Below are positions 32,537 through 33,472 of a DNA stretch of 33,472 nt, one piece after another. This stretch comes from Planctomycetota bacterium (GTDB taxonomy: Bacteria > Planctomycetota > Planctomycetia > Pirellulales > Pirellulaceae). Below the pieces are notes generated by a model. That model made no database searches and had not been told where the DNA came from. It was given only the letters and a program-made list of their open reading frames with translations. Position 1 is the first letter of the stretch. The number at the start of each line of letters is the position of its first letter. A program made the position numbers and the translations under genes. The DNA is taken from positions 1-33,472 of the forward strand of contig JBJTOW010000358.1 of the NCBI GenBank assembly GCA_046074805.1, written 5' to 3'.

Positions 32537-32712
32537 GGTACGCGGTAATCGATGGGCCGTGGTCAGTCGACTTTGCGATGCGTCATAGCCTGCGGCCAAG
32601 GAATTCAAGCGAATGAATCCAATTCCAAGTCGTTCGCAACATGCGATTGGCGATGGAGCGGAGACATCCTTCTTTCGCTGAAACCGTCGACAACGACTCG
32701 AATTTGCCGCTG

Positions 32713-33225
32713 TCAGCCACCCTGCCGCGGAGGCGGAACGCCGAATTCGCGGAGCCAAGCGGCGACCTCGGACGGGCTGAGTGAATGGTCTGGTTTGGAC
32801 TCTTCGGCGGCTGCGGCACCGCGTGCGGCGTTTCGTCGGAGTTCCATCTGCCACAGGTCGCTATCGACGAACTTCGCTCCGCGTTGACGAGCGGCCCGTT
32901 GCACCCTGTGGTCGCTCGAAACCACCGTTAGCCGCCGAGGATCGGCCGCCTCGACGAGCAATTCCTCCAGTAAGGCGTCGGCGCTCGTGTTCCGCGGGGC
33001 GAAGCGAACGGCGATTCCGCGATGGGAGTACTGGCGTGGCAAACCGGGCGGCGCGTCGGCCGCGTCGAAGACGATCGTCGTCCGAGTCACTTCCCGTTCC
33101 GGCAAATGTTCGACGAGAAAATCGAGCAACGCTTCGCGCGAACTCTCCCCGCCTTTTTTGCCTCGAAGCGGCCCCAGGATGCCGGCGGCGAACAGCAAGT
33201 TGTAGCCGTCGATCAACAACGCCAT
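32713..33225 (-). CDS. YacP-like NYN (PIN-like) domain protein, predicted RNA-binding/ribonuclease
   Basis: ORF 32713..33342 trimmed to the ATG at 33225, giving MALLIDGYNLLFAAG (typical NYN/YacP start). TIVFDA acidic motif and VVSSDHRVQRAARQRGA near the C-terminal part of the domain. Confidence 0.7.
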   Translation of the reverse strand: MALLIDGYNLLFAAGILGPLRGKKGGESSREALLDFLVEHLPEREVTRTTIVFDAADAPPGLPRQYSHRGIAVRFAPRNTSADALLEELLVEAADPRRLTVVSSDHRVQRAARQRGAKFVDSDLWQMELRRNAARGAAAAEESKPDHSLSPSEVAAWLREFGVPPPRQGG

Positions 33226-33472
33226 CTCCGGTTCATCCCTTCGCCCTGTTAGGTTCCCAGCGAGTGTCGATTCCCGTCGTCCTTGGACATATCGCTGGTG
33301 GCAAGTTACCCGAGTGAATTGTCCGAGCGATAGGGTGGCCACCGTTCCTTCCCAATGCTGGCTCCAATTAAAAAATCAGCTTGGCACGCCGCGGATCGGC
33401 CTTCCCGATCATTTTGATAACGAGAGTCCGCGATGCGACGGACTGGGAAGTCCGTCGTACCAGGAGATTACA

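Noticed and set aside
33436-33457. A 9-bp perfect stem-loop (CGACGGACT-GGGA-AGTCCGTCG) near the right edge.
   Set aside because: There is no U/T tract on either side and no gene context inside the window, so it cannot be assigned as a terminator or RNA element.
1-33472. Mobile elements, prophage or defence-system genes.
   Set aside because: No transposase, integrase, recombinase, toxin-antitoxin or nuclease/helicase defence signatures were recognisable in any frame. The only nuclease-like gene is the housekeeping-type YacP/NYN protein.

Overview
GC-rich bacterial chromosomal window. The gene content points to Planctomycetota; this is an inference from motif recognition, and no searches were run. 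That content is a Tat-signal DUF1501 plus DUF1549/DUF1553 pair, Planctomycete-type cytochrome c modules, a split cytochrome b and a giant multihaem cytochrome. The window is dominated by one all-minus-strand array of 22 genes over 28.7 kb (30553 down to 1811), with very short gaps and several overlapping start/stop codons. In transcription order the array encodes: (1) a Rieske protein, a cytochrome b6-like protein, a 10-TM subunit-IV-like protein and a 1619-aa octahaem cytochrome c, together an unusual bc-type quinol oxidising module; (2) two tandem amicyanin-like cupredoxin paralogues and a dihaem cytochrome c; (3) an aa3-type oxidase with haem O/A synthesis (ctaC-ctaD-ctaA-ctaB-ctaE-ctaF); (4) an ABC-2 exporter translationally coupled to an SCO copper chaperone; (5) a DUF420 protein and a small CxxC membrane protein; (6) a DUF1553/DUF1501 pair, a membrane protein, and a redoxin / haem c / copper-monooxygenase-like / EF-hand fusion protein. 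Flanking genes are a truncated clpC, a TPR membrane protein and a small secreted His/Cys-rich repeat protein on the left, and purD and a YacP/NYN gene on the right. No rRNA, tRNA, CRISPR array, transposase or integrase was seen. Non-coding signals worth a look are a perfect CRP-type palindrome upstream of the Rieske gene, an extremely G-tract-rich intercistronic spacer after the SCO gene, and several short tandem repeats at gene ends. Most plus-strand ORFs in the track are antisense shadow ORFs.
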